Below, in pieces: positions 1 to 9,056 of a stretch of DNA of 35,507 bases. The notes under the pieces are model-generated. The model searched no databases. It was given only the letters and a program-made list of their open reading frames with translations, and was not told the DNA's origin. The position numbers and the translations under genes are program-made. Source of the DNA: Sedimentibacter sp. (lineage in GTDB: Bacteria > Bacillota > Clostridia > Tissierellales > Sedimentibacteraceae); NCBI GenBank assembly GCA_029265225.1, contig JAJUJR010000001.1, positions 1 to 35,507 on the forward strand, read 5' to 3'. Numbering within the stretch: position 1 is the stretch's first letter; the number at the start of each line of letters is the position of its first letter.

Positions 1-1326
1 ACTGTTGACTATATTATGCCGCCGCGTTATTACGATGACAGGACAAATGTGCTTGTTTATGACATATCCATTGCTGAAAAGCCTGTTCTTCAAAGAGAGT
101 TTCTGTTTGATGGAAATTACCTGTCCGGAAGGGAAATAAACGGATATTTGTACCTGGTGACAACAAAGTACCTGAACATCTACTATGACAGCCAGGATGC
201 GTCTCTTCCTTATTATACAAATGTTGTGAGAAATGAAAAACATGAGTTTTCATATGACGACATAAAATACTTCCCCAATTACATAGACTCAAGATACATG
301 TACACTGCAGGAATTGACCTTAATGACACATCTGTGGAACCTGACGTTGATGTGTACCTTGGGGGATCAGATACAATTTATGTTTCTGATTCCAGCCTTT
401 ATGCAGCTGTTGCTGATTATTCATATGATTACACCATTAATCAGACAGAGCTTTACAGCCCCGGATATTCAACAAGCACAGTTGTTTACAAATATGAGCT
501 TGAAAAAGGAAACATAAATGTCACAACTCAGGGGGAAGTCCCCGGAACAATAATCAACCAGTTTTCCATGGATGAGTATGAAGGAATGTTTAGGATTGCT
601 ACGACCACAGGGGAAATATGGAATGAAACTTCAAAAAACAACTTATATATTTTAGGAGAGGACTTGAAAGTCAAAGGCAGACTGGAAGGGCTTGCGCCAG
701 GCGAAAGAATTTACAGCACACGTTTTGCCGGAGACAGGGTTTACATGGTTACATTCAAACAGGTTGACCCTCTTTATGTGATTGACGCATCAGATCCTGC
801 AAATCCAAAAACAGCTGGAATGCTGAAAATACCAGGCTACAGCACATACCTGCACATTGTTGATGAAAACCACATACTTGGATTCGGATATGATACGGAG
901 GTCAGTGAATGGGGAGGTACTGTGACAGGAGGCTTTAAACTATCCATGTTTAATGTTGCCGACATAAAGAATCCAAAGGAAACATTCACAGAGGTAATAG
1001 GAAAACAAGGAACATACTCGGAACTTCTGTACAACCATAAGGCGCTGATGTTTTCATTAAGCAAGGGACTCATGGCCTTTCCAATCAACAGGACAACAGA
1101 CAACTACAAGACTGATTTCAACGGAGCATATGTGTACAATGTAAACACAGACAACATAAATTTTAAAACAAAAATATCACACATGGATAGTGAAGAGTAC
1201 CTTTACGGCTATGAAATTAACAGAATAATATACATCGGTGATTACATTTACACGTTCTCACAAAATGAAATGCAGATACACAGCATTACAACAAATAAGA
1301 AGATAAATGAGTTAAATATTTATTAA
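1..1326 (+). CDS. Secreted beta-propeller domain protein (Beta_propel family), 5'-truncated by the window edge
   Basis: Frame is open from base 1 (ACT GTT GAC TAT ATT ATG...). Family motifs seen: VPGTIINQFSMDEY, LAPGERIYSTRF, YMVTFKQVDPLYVID, LKIPGYSTYLH. Confidence 0.8.
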   Translation, partial: TVDYIMPPRYYDDRTNVLVYDISIAEKPVLQREFLFDGNYLSGREINGYLYLVTTKYLNIYYDSQDASLPYYTNVVRNEKHEFSYDDIKYFPNYIDSRYMYTAGIDLNDTSVEPDVDVYLGGSDTIYVSDSSLYAAVADYSYDYTINQTELYSPGYSTSTVVYKYELEKGNINVTTQGEVPGTIINQFSMDEYEGMFRIATTTGEIWNETSKNNLYILGEDLKVKGRLEGLAPGERIYSTRFAGDRVYMVTFKQVDPLYVIDASDPANPKTAGMLKIPGYSTYLHIVDENHILGFGYDTEVSEWGGTVTGGFKLSMFNVADIKNPKETFTEVIGKQGTYSELLYNHKALMFSLSKGLMAFPINRTTDNYKTDFNGAYVYNVNTDNINFKTKISHMDSEEYLYGYEINRIIYIGDYIYTFSQNEMQIHSITTNKKINELNIY

Positions 1327-1336
1327 ACAAATATGT

Positions 1337-1378
1337 AATAAATGGCAGACATGGAAAACATGTCTGCCATTTATTTTG
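1337..1378 (+). terminator. Rho-independent terminator
   Basis: Perfect 17-bp stem AATAAATGGCAGACATG / CATGTCTGCCATTTATT, 5-nt loop, just after the stop codon. Confidence 0.85.
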
Positions 1379-1492
1379 AAATTTTCGACAAATTTTTCAA
1401 AAATATGGCTGTAATTCAATGTTACTAATAAAAAAACAATTATGAAAATTTAAGATGTAAATCTTTTAAAAGCGCAGATAATTACAAAAATA

Positions 1493-1521
1493 TTGTCAAC
1501 TTGTAATCAATGTGTTATAAT
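1493..1521 (+). promoter_or_regulatory. SigmaA promoter of the FMN-binding lipoprotein gene
   Basis: TTGTCA-17 nt-TATAAT with extended TGn; RBS GGAGG at 1554-1558. Confidence 0.7.
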
Positions 1522-1563
1522 AAATGGGTGATTTAACATAATTTATCATATTTGGAGGGTATC

Positions 1564-2925
1564 ATGAAAAAAAGTTTATCTTTAGTATTGGTGTTATTGA
1601 TGATAACATCTTTATTTGGATGCGCAACAAAGACAGAGGCTCCTGCAGCTGAAACTTTAACAGGAACAGGCGATGGTTTTGGCGGAGCAGTTACTGTTAC
1701 TGTAACAAAAGAAGGTGACAAAATTACCAACGTTGTAGCAGTAGGAGAAAAAGAAACCGCTGGAATTGGTTCAAACGCGATTGAACAACTTCCTGCAAAA
1801 ATAGTTGAAGCTAATTCAACTGAAGTAGATGTAATAGCAGGCGCTACTTATACAAGCAAAGCAATAATATATGCAGTTAACAATGCTCTTGATCCAGCAG
1901 CATTCCCATATCCTGCAGCAGAAGAAAAACCAGCTGAAACACCAGCACCGGCACCAGTTGGAGAAGCAGGACCTATTGTCAAATTTGGTTTAGGTCAAAA
2001 CATTGAAATAGGAAAATCAAAAGATGCTACTGCTGAACAAACAGCAGTTGGTCAGGCAGATGTTACAATAGCAGCAGTTGGATTTGACGCTGAAGGCAAA
2101 GTTGCAAGCGTTACAATAGATGTTGCTCAGACAAAAATAGCATTTGATAAAGACTTGAAGGTTACTACTGACAGAACAGCAGAAGTAAAATCAAAGAAAG
2201 ACTTAGGAGCAGACTATGGAATGGTTAAGGCTTCAAGCATAGGTAAAGAATGGTTTGAGCAAATTGAAGCTTTTGAAAACTGGATGATTGGCAAGACAAT
2301 GGATGAAATCAAAGGATTGAAAGTAAAAGCAAGAGACGAAGCACATCCTGCAGTTCCAGATGTTCCTGAATTGACTTCATCAGTTACAGTTTCTGTAGAT
2401 GCTTACCTTGCAGCAGTTGAAGAAGCTTGGACAAATGCACAGGATGTAGCAGGTGCAGAAAAGGTTGGTCTTGGGGTTGAAACTCATATAGGAAGTTCAA
2501 AAGACAAGGCTGCCGATGTTCTTCCATTAGCTCAGGCTGATACATATATGTCTGCAACAGCTTTGACAGCTGATGGTAAAGTTGCAGGAACAATAATTGA
2601 TAATGCACAAGTTAAAATCAAATTTGACGAAAAAGGTGTTGTAACTTCTGACAGAGCAGCAGAATATCAGACTAAGAAAGAAATAAAAGAAGGATACGGA
2701 ATGGTTAAGGCTTCATCCATAGGCAAAGAATGGTTCGAACAAATGGAAGCATTTGAAGAGTGGATGGTTGGCAAATCAATCGAAGAAATCACTGGATTGA
2801 CAGTTAAACAAAGAGATGAAAACCACAAGGCAGTTCCAGATGTACCTGAATTGACATCATCAGTAACAATCACTGTTGAAGGTTACCAGGCAGTTGTTAA
2901 GGAAGCAGCAGCAAACGCAAGATAA
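1564..2925 (+). CDS. FMN-binding (flavinylated) lipoprotein: one FMN_bind domain plus two tandem ~160-aa repeats
   Basis: ATG 1564 after GGAGG; lipobox LFGC; FMN_bind signature GFGG..V.VT...I..V...ET.GIG...VDVIAGAT; Pro/Ala linker; two repeats containing YGMVKASSIGKEWFEQ; adjacent to apbE. Confidence 0.85.
   Translation: MKKSLSLVLVLLMITSLFGCATKTEAPAAETLTGTGDGFGGAVTVTVTKEGDKITNVVAVGEKETAGIGSNAIEQLPAKIVEANSTEVDVIAGATYTSKAIIYAVNNALDPAAFPYPAAEEKPAETPAPAPVGEAGPIVKFGLGQNIEIGKSKDATAEQTAVGQADVTIAAVGFDAEGKVASVTIDVAQTKIAFDKDLKVTTDRTAEVKSKKDLGADYGMVKASSIGKEWFEQIEAFENWMIGKTMDEIKGLKVKARDEAHPAVPDVPELTSSVTVSVDAYLAAVEEAWTNAQDVAGAEKVGLGVETHIGSSKDKAADVLPLAQADTYMSATALTADGKVAGTIIDNAQVKIKFDEKGVVTSDRAAEYQTKKEIKEGYGMVKASSIGKEWFEQMEAFEEWMVGKSIEEITGLTVKQRDENHKAVPDVPELTSSVTITVEGYQAVVKEAAANAR
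1981..2922 (+). repeat. Intragenic tandem duplication, 480-nt period
   Basis: ATGGTTAAGGCTTCA at 2221 and 2701; CAGTTCCAGATGT.CCTGAATTGAC.TCATCAGT.ACA at 2351 and 2831. Confidence 0.9.
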
Positions 2926-2936
2926 TAAGTGAAATT

Positions 2937-2960
2937 AAGGGGCTTGTAAAGCCCCTTTTT
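2937..2960 (+). terminator. Rho-independent terminator
   Basis: AAGGGGCTT-GTA-AAGCCCCTT followed by a T run. Confidence 0.85.
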
Positions 2961-3022
2961 ATTTGATATAAAATAATTGATATTATTTGAAATATTTGAT
3001 ATTATAAGCTAGGGTGATAAAT

Positions 3023-4129
3023 ATGAAGAAGATAATTCCTATATTGATGACAGGAATTTTAATTTTTGCTTTTTTAACAGGCTGCCAAAAACAAGAAGAG
3101 CCTGAAAAGGAGCAGGTATATGATAAATTCAGCTATACTTTTTTAGATACTTTTGATACGGTTACACAGGTTGTTGGTTATGCTAAATCAGAAGAAGAAT
3201 TCAACGGCTATGCTGAAAAAATTCATGCAAGGATGCTTGAGCTGCACCAGTTATATGACAAGTACAACACTTATGAAGGAATAAACAACATCAAGACCAT
3301 TAACGACAATGCCGGTATACAGCCTGTAAAGGTCGATAAGGAAATAATTGATTTAATCCTCATGACGAAAGAAATGTATGAAAATGTAGGAAAGAAAACA
3401 AATGTGGCTCTTGGTTCAGTCTTGAAAATATGGTCTGAATACAGAGATGAAGCTGAAGCAAATCCTGCAGATGCTAAAATACCTCCAATGGACATTTTGC
3501 TTGAAGCAAACGGACACACGGATATAAACAAGGTAATAGTTGATGAGAAAAACTCAACAGTATATCTTGAAGACCCTCTCATGAGCCTTGATGTGGGAGC
3601 TGTTGCAAAGGGATATGCTACAGAACTTGTTGTTCAGGAAATTATCCAGGAAGGTTTCACATCAGGCATCATAAGTGCCGGAGGAAACATCCGCGCATTC
3701 GGAAAACCCATGGACGGCATAAGAGACAAGTGGGGTGTTGGAATTCAAAACCCTGACGGTGTTCTTGGAACATCAGATGAAAGCATATTGGAAACTGTGT
3801 TCCTTACAGATGCATCTGTTGTAACAAGCGGCGATTACCAGAGGTTTTACATGGTTGGAGACACAAGGGTTCATCATTTGATAGATCCTGTAACATTGAT
3901 GCCCGGCGATTACTTCAGGGCAGTGTCAATTGTAACTGAAAATTCAGGCAGAGCAGACTTCCTTTCCACAACGGTATTCTTAATGCCTTATGAAGAAGGC
4001 AGGGCACTTGTTGAGTCACTTGACGGCGTAGAAGCTTTATGGGTGTTTAAAGATGGAACAATACAGACAACCGAAGGCATGGATAAAATAATGAAGAGCA
4101 AGGGTGCTACCGGAGCCATAGGCAAATAA
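3023..4129 (+). CDS. apbE: FAD:protein FMN transferase (ApbE), lipoprotein
   Basis: Lipobox FLTGC; motifs LDVGAVAKGYA, SAGGN, W.VGIQNP, VVTSGDYQRFY, HHLIDP, ADFLST. Confidence 0.95.
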   Translation: MKKIIPILMTGILIFAFLTGCQKQEEPEKEQVYDKFSYTFLDTFDTVTQVVGYAKSEEEFNGYAEKIHARMLELHQLYDKYNTYEGINNIKTINDNAGIQPVKVDKEIIDLILMTKEMYENVGKKTNVALGSVLKIWSEYRDEAEANPADAKIPPMDILLEANGHTDINKVIVDEKNSTVYLEDPLMSLDVGAVAKGYATELVVQEIIQEGFTSGIISAGGNIRAFGKPMDGIRDKWGVGIQNPDGVLGTSDESILETVFLTDASVVTSGDYQRFYMVGDTRVHHLIDPVTLMPGDYFRAVSIVTENSGRADFLSTTVFLMPYEEGRALVESLDGVEALWVFKDGTIQTTEGMDKIMKSKGATGAIGK

Positions 4130-4141
4130 CAGGCGGTGCAT

Positions 4142-4726
4142 ATGAAAAAATCAAATTTTTTTGCTTTTATTTCCAGAATGAAGTATATAAACAGATGGGG
4201 GCTCATGAGAAATATCAAGGACGAAAATGTGTCGGAGCACAGTCTTGACGTTGCCGTAATTGCTCATGCCCTTGCCATAATTCAAAAAAGGCGCCTGAAC
4301 ATGGATGTGAATCCTGAAAAAACAGCCCTTTATGCAATCTATCACGATGTCTCCGAAATATTTACAGGTGATATGCCAACACCTGTGAAATATTACAACA
4401 CTGTCATCAAGACAGCCTACAAAGATGTGGAGCTTGCTGCATGCAAGAGACTCTTGAAACTTTTGCCTGAAGATTTTTACAATGATTATGAAGGTGTTCT
4501 CATACCACGTGAAGATGAAAAGGAAATATGGAAGACAATCAAGGCTGCCGATAAAATAAGCGCCTACATAAAGTGCATTGAAGAGGAAAAATCGGGAAAC
4601 AAGGAATTCCTCAAGGCTAAGCAGTCCATATTAAGCGATTTGAGCTCCATGGACAGAGAAGACGTGAAAATATTCATGAGTGAGTTTATGGAAGGATATG
4701 AACTTACCCTTGATGAGATGGAATAA
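4142..4726 (+). CDS. yfbR: HD-domain 5'-deoxynucleotidase (YfbR family)
   Basis: RMKYINRWGLMRN, ENVSEHS, YHDVSEIFTGDMPTPVKY, KAADKISAYIKC.EE..SGN.EF. Confidence 0.92.
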   Translation: MKKSNFFAFISRMKYINRWGLMRNIKDENVSEHSLDVAVIAHALAIIQKRRLNMDVNPEKTALYAIYHDVSEIFTGDMPTPVKYYNTVIKTAYKDVELAACKRLLKLLPEDFYNDYEGVLIPREDEKEIWKTIKAADKISAYIKCIEEEKSGNKEFLKAKQSILSDLSSMDREDVKIFMSEFMEGYELTLDEME

Positions 4727-4729
4727 TAT

Positions 4730-4771
4730 AAAATGAAGTTATAACCAACTTGCAGGCTATAACTTTATTTT
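4730..4771 (+). terminator. Probable terminator hairpin
   Basis: AAAATGAAGTTATAACC / GGCTATAACTTTATTTT imperfect stem after the yfbR stop. Confidence 0.6.
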
Positions 4772-4827
4772 ATTAGACTTGATTTTTTCATGTGGTATAC
4801 TTAAATAAAAAATATAAGGGTAATATT

Positions 4828-5052
4828 ATGAACCAATACAATTATATGACCTTCAAGTCGGTATCATATGCCATGAAAGTTGAAGCAGCACTTAAAAAAT
4901 GCGGCGTAAATTTTAAAATAATACCTGTTCCAAGAAGCATCAGTTCAAGCTGCGGCCTGTGCGTGAGGTTTCAAAAGGAAGACATGGAAAAATTCAAGGA
5001 AATAATAGAAAAAAACAGCCTAATGTACGACAATATTTACCTGGACATTTAA
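4828..5052 (+). CDS. DUF3343 small protein (putative Se/S carrier-like)
   Basis: TF.S...AM..E..LK...IPVPRSISSSCGLC pattern; own extended -10 TGGTATACT at 4793-4801; ATG 4828 preferred over the track's GTG 4792. Confidence 0.8.
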   Translation: MNQYNYMTFKSVSYAMKVEAALKKCGVNFKIIPVPRSISSSCGLCVRFQKEDMEKFKEIIEKNSLMYDNIYLDI

Positions 5053-5786
5053 ACTGCATAGGACAGGTAGCAGCCGCACAGGAATCCGAGCAGAAGCAAC
5101 ACAGAACTGCTTTTGCCTTTGTGAAGTATGTTTGCTTCGGGTATAAGCTGGCTTGCAGAAACATAAAGCATGCTGCTGGCTGCGGCTGAAAGGCAGAAGG
5201 CTATAAAATAAGTTGAAATTCCCCCGAGTCCAGCTCCGAGCACTGCTCCGAATGCTGTGGGAAGACCTGTAAGCATGGTTAAAAGTATTACATACAAGGG
5301 CGAGGCTCCTGCCATAATAAGCGGAACTCCAACGCTCATACCTTCAGGGATATTGTGTGCAGCAATCAATATTCCTATTTTTATGCCTAAATTGTCCGAA
5401 TATACTGCGCTTGATCCAACAGCCACGCCTTCCGGAAAGTTGTGAAGGCTGAGGCTTATTATTATTATCATGCTCATTTTTATATAATCCAGTTTTTTGC
5501 CTGCATAGCGGGACAGTTTCTTTGTGGGCATCATTTCTTCAGCGAAGAAAACCACAACAAGTCCAATGAAAAGTCCCAGAGTCACGATAAAGAAACCTCC
5601 TATTTCATAGGCTTCCGGCATGAGGTCAAAGGAAATGACAGAAAGCATTATTCCTGCTGCAAAGCTTAAAAGTCCTGAAACAGTCCGGTTGCTGGGGTTC
5701 TTAATCAACAAAGACACTATTCCCCCAAGGCATGTTCCAATTCCGCCAATTACAAATCCCGATATAAAATAATATAAAATATCCAA
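5049..5786 (-). CDS. ZIP family divalent metal transporter (ZupT/GufA-like)
   Basis: Hydrophobic; paired motifs LHNFPEG and AHNIPEG; FAAGIML; TTG start after AGGAGGA. Confidence 0.92.
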   Translation of the reverse strand: MDILYYFISGFVIGGIGTCLGGIVSLLIKNPSNRTVSGLLSFAAGIMLSVISFDLMPEAYEIGGFFIVTLGLFIGLVVVFFAEEMMPTKKLSRYAGKKLDYIKMSMIIIISLSLHNFPEGVAVGSSAVYSDNLGIKIGILIAAHNIPEGMSVGVPLIMAGASPLYVILLTMLTGLPTAFGAVLGAGLGGISTYFIAFCLSAAASSMLYVSASQLIPEANILHKGKSSSVLLLLGFLCGCYLSYAV

Positions 5787-5870
5787 GTCTTCCTCCTATT
5801 TGTTCATCTTATTAATATATATGCAGCCATGTTTTTTTAAGAAATTAAAAATTTATTAAGAAGTAAATTC

Positions 5871-5899
5871 TTGTACATAATTATAATGTAGTATATAAT
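5871..5899 (+). promoter_or_regulatory. SigmaA promoter of the sua5 operon
   Basis: TTGTAC-17 nt-TATAAT. Confidence 0.55.
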
Positions 5900-5971
5900 T
5901 AGCCATAGAACTATTGACATAAATGATTCTTTGCACATCCTTCTTAAGGAAAATGCAGGAAAGGATATTAA

Positions 5972-7030
5972 ATGGAAGAAAACATAAATACAAAGATTGT
6001 CAAAATGGATCCTGACAATTTGGACTATAATATAATAAAGGAAGCCGCCGACATAATCAACAACGGCGGAATTGTTGTGTTTCCCACAGAAACAGTTTAC
6101 GGAATAGGTGCAGACGCATTAAATGACACTGCCGTGGAGAAAATTTTCAAGGCAAAGGGAAGACCTCAGGACAATCCTTTAATAGTACATATTCAAGATG
6201 TGGAAGAACTCTACGATTTATCCAGGGAAGTTCCGGAAAATGCAAAAATACTGGCTGAAAAATTCTGGCCGGGGCCTCTTACCATGATTTTGTATAAAAA
6301 GGATATATTATCGGACAAAATAACAGCAGGTCTTGATACTGCAGCAATAAGGTTTCCAAAAAACAAAATTGCTCTGGCACTCATAAAGGAAAGCGGCAAG
6401 CCAATTGCAGCACCAAGCGCTAATACTTCGGGAAAACCAAGCCCCACAGAAGCATCCCATGTAATTGAAGATTTAATGGGTAAGGTGGACATGATAATAG
6501 ACGGAGGAAGCACATACATAGGAATCGAATCAACTGTTGTAGATGTGACGGGTGACGTTCCAATGGTATTGAGGCCGGGCGGAATAACAAGGGAAGATAT
6601 AGCACGGGTTCTTGGAAAATGCGATTTCGACCCTGCAATCATTAAAAGCAATGAAAAAATTGTTCCAAAATCTCCGGGACAAAAATACAGACATTATTCA
6701 CCAAAGGCAAAAGTGATTTTATACAAGGGAGCTTTGGATAAAATTGGACAAAAAATAAGTGAAGATTATGATAAACTTGTACAGGAAGGCTTAAAGGTTG
6801 GCATTATGTCAACTGTCCAGACTGAAAATTATTATGAGGGCAAGACCACAATTTGTGTTGGAGACAGAACAAAGCCCTTATCAATTTCGTCTAATTTATT
6901 CAAAGACCTGAGAAATTTTGACCACATGGGAATGGATGTCATTCTTGCAGAAGCTGTTGAAGAAGAGGAACTTGGAAAAGCAATCATGAACAGATTGGGA
7001 AAAGCATCAAGCGAAACAATTATTGTGTGA
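5972..7030 (+). CDS. sua5: L-threonylcarbamoyladenylate synthase (Sua5/YwlC)
   Basis: FPTETVYG.GA, AKGRP.DNPLIVH, FWPGPLT, AAPSAN.SGKPSPT, SPG.KYRHYSP plus C-terminal SUA5 domain. Confidence 0.97.
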   Translation: MEENINTKIVKMDPDNLDYNIIKEAADIINNGGIVVFPTETVYGIGADALNDTAVEKIFKAKGRPQDNPLIVHIQDVEELYDLSREVPENAKILAEKFWPGPLTMILYKKDILSDKITAGLDTAAIRFPKNKIALALIKESGKPIAAPSANTSGKPSPTEASHVIEDLMGKVDMIIDGGSTYIGIESTVVDVTGDVPMVLRPGGITREDIARVLGKCDFDPAIIKSNEKIVPKSPGQKYRHYSPKAKVILYKGALDKIGQKISEDYDKLVQEGLKVGIMSTVQTENYYEGKTTICVGDRTKPLSISSNLFKDLRNFDHMGMDVILAEAVEEEELGKAIMNRLGKASSETIIV

Positions 7031-7037
7031 GGTGTTT

Positions 7038-7523
7038 ATGAATATTTTATTGGTGTGCACCGGAAATACCTGCAGAAGCAGCATGGCTGAAGGAATTTTC
7101 AGACAGATGCTCATTGATTCAGACATTGACAACATTAACGTATCTTCGGCAGGATTGAGCGCCTTTGACGGTGACGTGGCAAATCAAAAAGCTGTTGATG
7201 TTTTGAAAGATAGAGGAATAGACATATCAAAACACAGGGCCAGACAGCTTACAGGTGAAATGATAAACAGTTCTGATTTGATTTTGACCATGACGTATGG
7301 ACATAAGATGTCCATATTAAATTATTCTCCTCAGTCAAAGGGCAAGGTATTTACACTGAAGGAGTATGCCCGCAAGACAAATGGTGAAAACACGGACAAC
7401 ATTAATCTTGACATTGATGACCCTTACGGTATGAATTACAGGGTTTACGGGTCAGTTATGAATGAAATAAGAATTGAGATAGAGTCAATTATCAATAAAT
7501 TAAAAAAACAACAAAGCAATTAA
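7038..7523 (+). CDS. ywlE: Low-molecular-weight protein arginine phosphatase
   Basis: P-loop VCTGNTCRS (Thr variant typical of YwlE), DIDDPYG; position between sua5 and rpiB; ATG 7038 after GAGGTG. Confidence 0.88.
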   Translation: MNILLVCTGNTCRSSMAEGIFRQMLIDSDIDNINVSSAGLSAFDGDVANQKAVDVLKDRGIDISKHRARQLTGEMINSSDLILTMTYGHKMSILNYSPQSKGKVFTLKEYARKTNGENTDNINLDIDDPYGMNYRVYGSVMNEIRIEIESIINKLKKQQSN

Positions 7524-7524
7524 T

Positions 7525-7552
7525 AATTAAGAGTTAAGAATTAAGAATTAAG
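7525..7552 (+). repeat. Tandem heptamer repeat (AATTAAG x4, one AGTTAAG variant)
   Basis: AATTAAG AGTTAAG AATTAAG AATTAAG read directly. Confidence 0.85.
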
Positions 7553-7571
7553 TGAAAAAAGTGGAGGGAAA

Positions 7572-8009
7572 ATGAAAATAGTACTTGCATGTGATCATGG
7601 AGGATTTGAATTAAAGGAAGCAGTAAGGGAACACTTGACTAAGAAAGGCTATGAAGTCAATGACATAGGCGTTTACGACACAAATTCCGTGGACTACCCT
7701 GATTACGGAAAAAAAGCAGCAGAACTTGTTGCAGAAAGCGGTAACAAGGGAATAGTAATATGCGGAACAGGCATAGGAATTTCCATAGCAGCAAACAAGG
7801 TTCACGGCATAAGATGTGCTTTGTGCACAAATGAGTACATGGCAAGGATGTCCAGAATGCACAACGATGCAAACATGCTTGCTATGGGAAACCGCGTCAT
7901 AGGACAGGGAGCGGCACTTGACATTGTTGATGTGTGGCTTTCAACTGAATTTGAAGGCGGAAGACACTTGAACAGAGTTAAAAAAATAATGGAAATAGAA
8001 AATCTATAA
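7572..8009 (+). CDS. rpiB: Ribose-5-phosphate isomerase B
   Basis: DHGG..LK, SVDYPDY, ICGTGIGISIAANKV.GIRCA, HNDAN, FEGGRH..RV. Confidence 0.97.
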   Translation: MKIVLACDHGGFELKEAVREHLTKKGYEVNDIGVYDTNSVDYPDYGKKAAELVAESGNKGIVICGTGIGISIAANKVHGIRCALCTNEYMARMSRMHNDANMLAMGNRVIGQGAALDIVDVWLSTEFEGGRHLNRVKKIMEIENL

Positions 8010-8024
8010 AGAAGAGGAAATGTC

Positions 8025-9053
8025 ATGGCTAGTTATTTTATAGCTTTTATTTCGGCTGTAATTATATCTTTTATAATGACTCCGCCTGCAAGGCAGCTTG
8101 CAATAAAGGTTGGAGCACTGGATGTACCAAAGGATCCAAGAAAAATTCACAATAAGCCCATGCCTTATTTCGGAGGTCTGGCTATTTATATTTCAATAAT
8201 GGCATGCATGTTTGTCTATCTTCCCCATACAAGAACAAACACTTTTATAATGGCCGGCGCCACAATAATTGTACTTACGGGAATAGTTGATGACATGTAT
8301 GGAATGCCTGCAAAGGTTAAAATGCTTATGCAGCTTATTGCAGCATTTGTTGCATTAAAGGGAGGAGTTCAGATACATTTCATCACAAACCCTCTTTCTG
8401 AAACAGGAATGAGCTACTTGCTTTCGTGGCTTTCCTATCCCATAACATTGTTCTGGATTGTGGGAATAACAAACACAATAAATCTGATAGACGGACTGGA
8501 TGGCCTGGCTTCCGGCGTTGCCAGCATAGCAGCAACAACTCTTCTTTTTACGGCGGCAACAATGGGACACGACTTCATTATGATGCAGTGCGCCATAATA
8601 GCAGGAGCTTCTCTGGGATTTCTGCCGTTTAACTTCAATCCGGCAAAAATATTTATGGGGGATACAGGTTCACTGCTTCTTGGATACATGCTGGCGGTTA
8701 CTTCTGTTTCAGGTATGGTAAAAAGCGTGGCAGCTGTGGCACTGGCAGTTCCTGTGTTTGCACTGGGACTTCCCATATTTGACACTACATTTGCAATAAT
8801 AAGAAGATACCTGAACAACAAGCCCATAATGGAAGCAGACAAGGATCACCTTCACCATAAGCTCATGAAAATAGGACTTAATCAAAGACAGACAGTGTTG
8901 ATAATGTACTTCATAAGCATGATGCTTGGAATAGTAGCTGTAGTGATTGCCGATGCAGACCCGTTTATAGGAATTATTGTAGCAACAATAATGGTAATAG
9001 CAGTATTTTACTTTGCAAAATTAGCAGGATTGTTCAGACGAAAAGAACAGTAG
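8025..9053 (+). CDS. tagO: Undecaprenyl-phosphate GlcNAc-1-phosphate transferase (TagO/WecA, MraY family)
   Basis: Multi-TM; RKIH..P.P..GG, G.VDD, N.INLIDGLDGLA, FNFNPAKIFMGDTGS, AD..HLHH. Confidence 0.93.
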   Translation: MASYFIAFISAVIISFIMTPPARQLAIKVGALDVPKDPRKIHNKPMPYFGGLAIYISIMACMFVYLPHTRTNTFIMAGATIIVLTGIVDDMYGMPAKVKMLMQLIAAFVALKGGVQIHFITNPLSETGMSYLLSWLSYPITLFWIVGITNTINLIDGLDGLASGVASIAATTLLFTAATMGHDFIMMQCAIIAGASLGFLPFNFNPAKIFMGDTGSLLLGYMLAVTSVSGMVKSVAAVALAVPVFALGLPIFDTTFAIIRRYLNNKPIMEADKDHLHHKLMKIGLNQRQTVLIMYFISMMLGIVAVVIADADPFIGIIVATIMVIAVFYFAKLAGLFRRKEQ

Positions 9054-9056
9054 TAT

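Noticed and set aside
1509-1521. Identical AATGTGTTATAAT at 1509 and 15332
   Set aside because: Explained by the extended -10 consensus.
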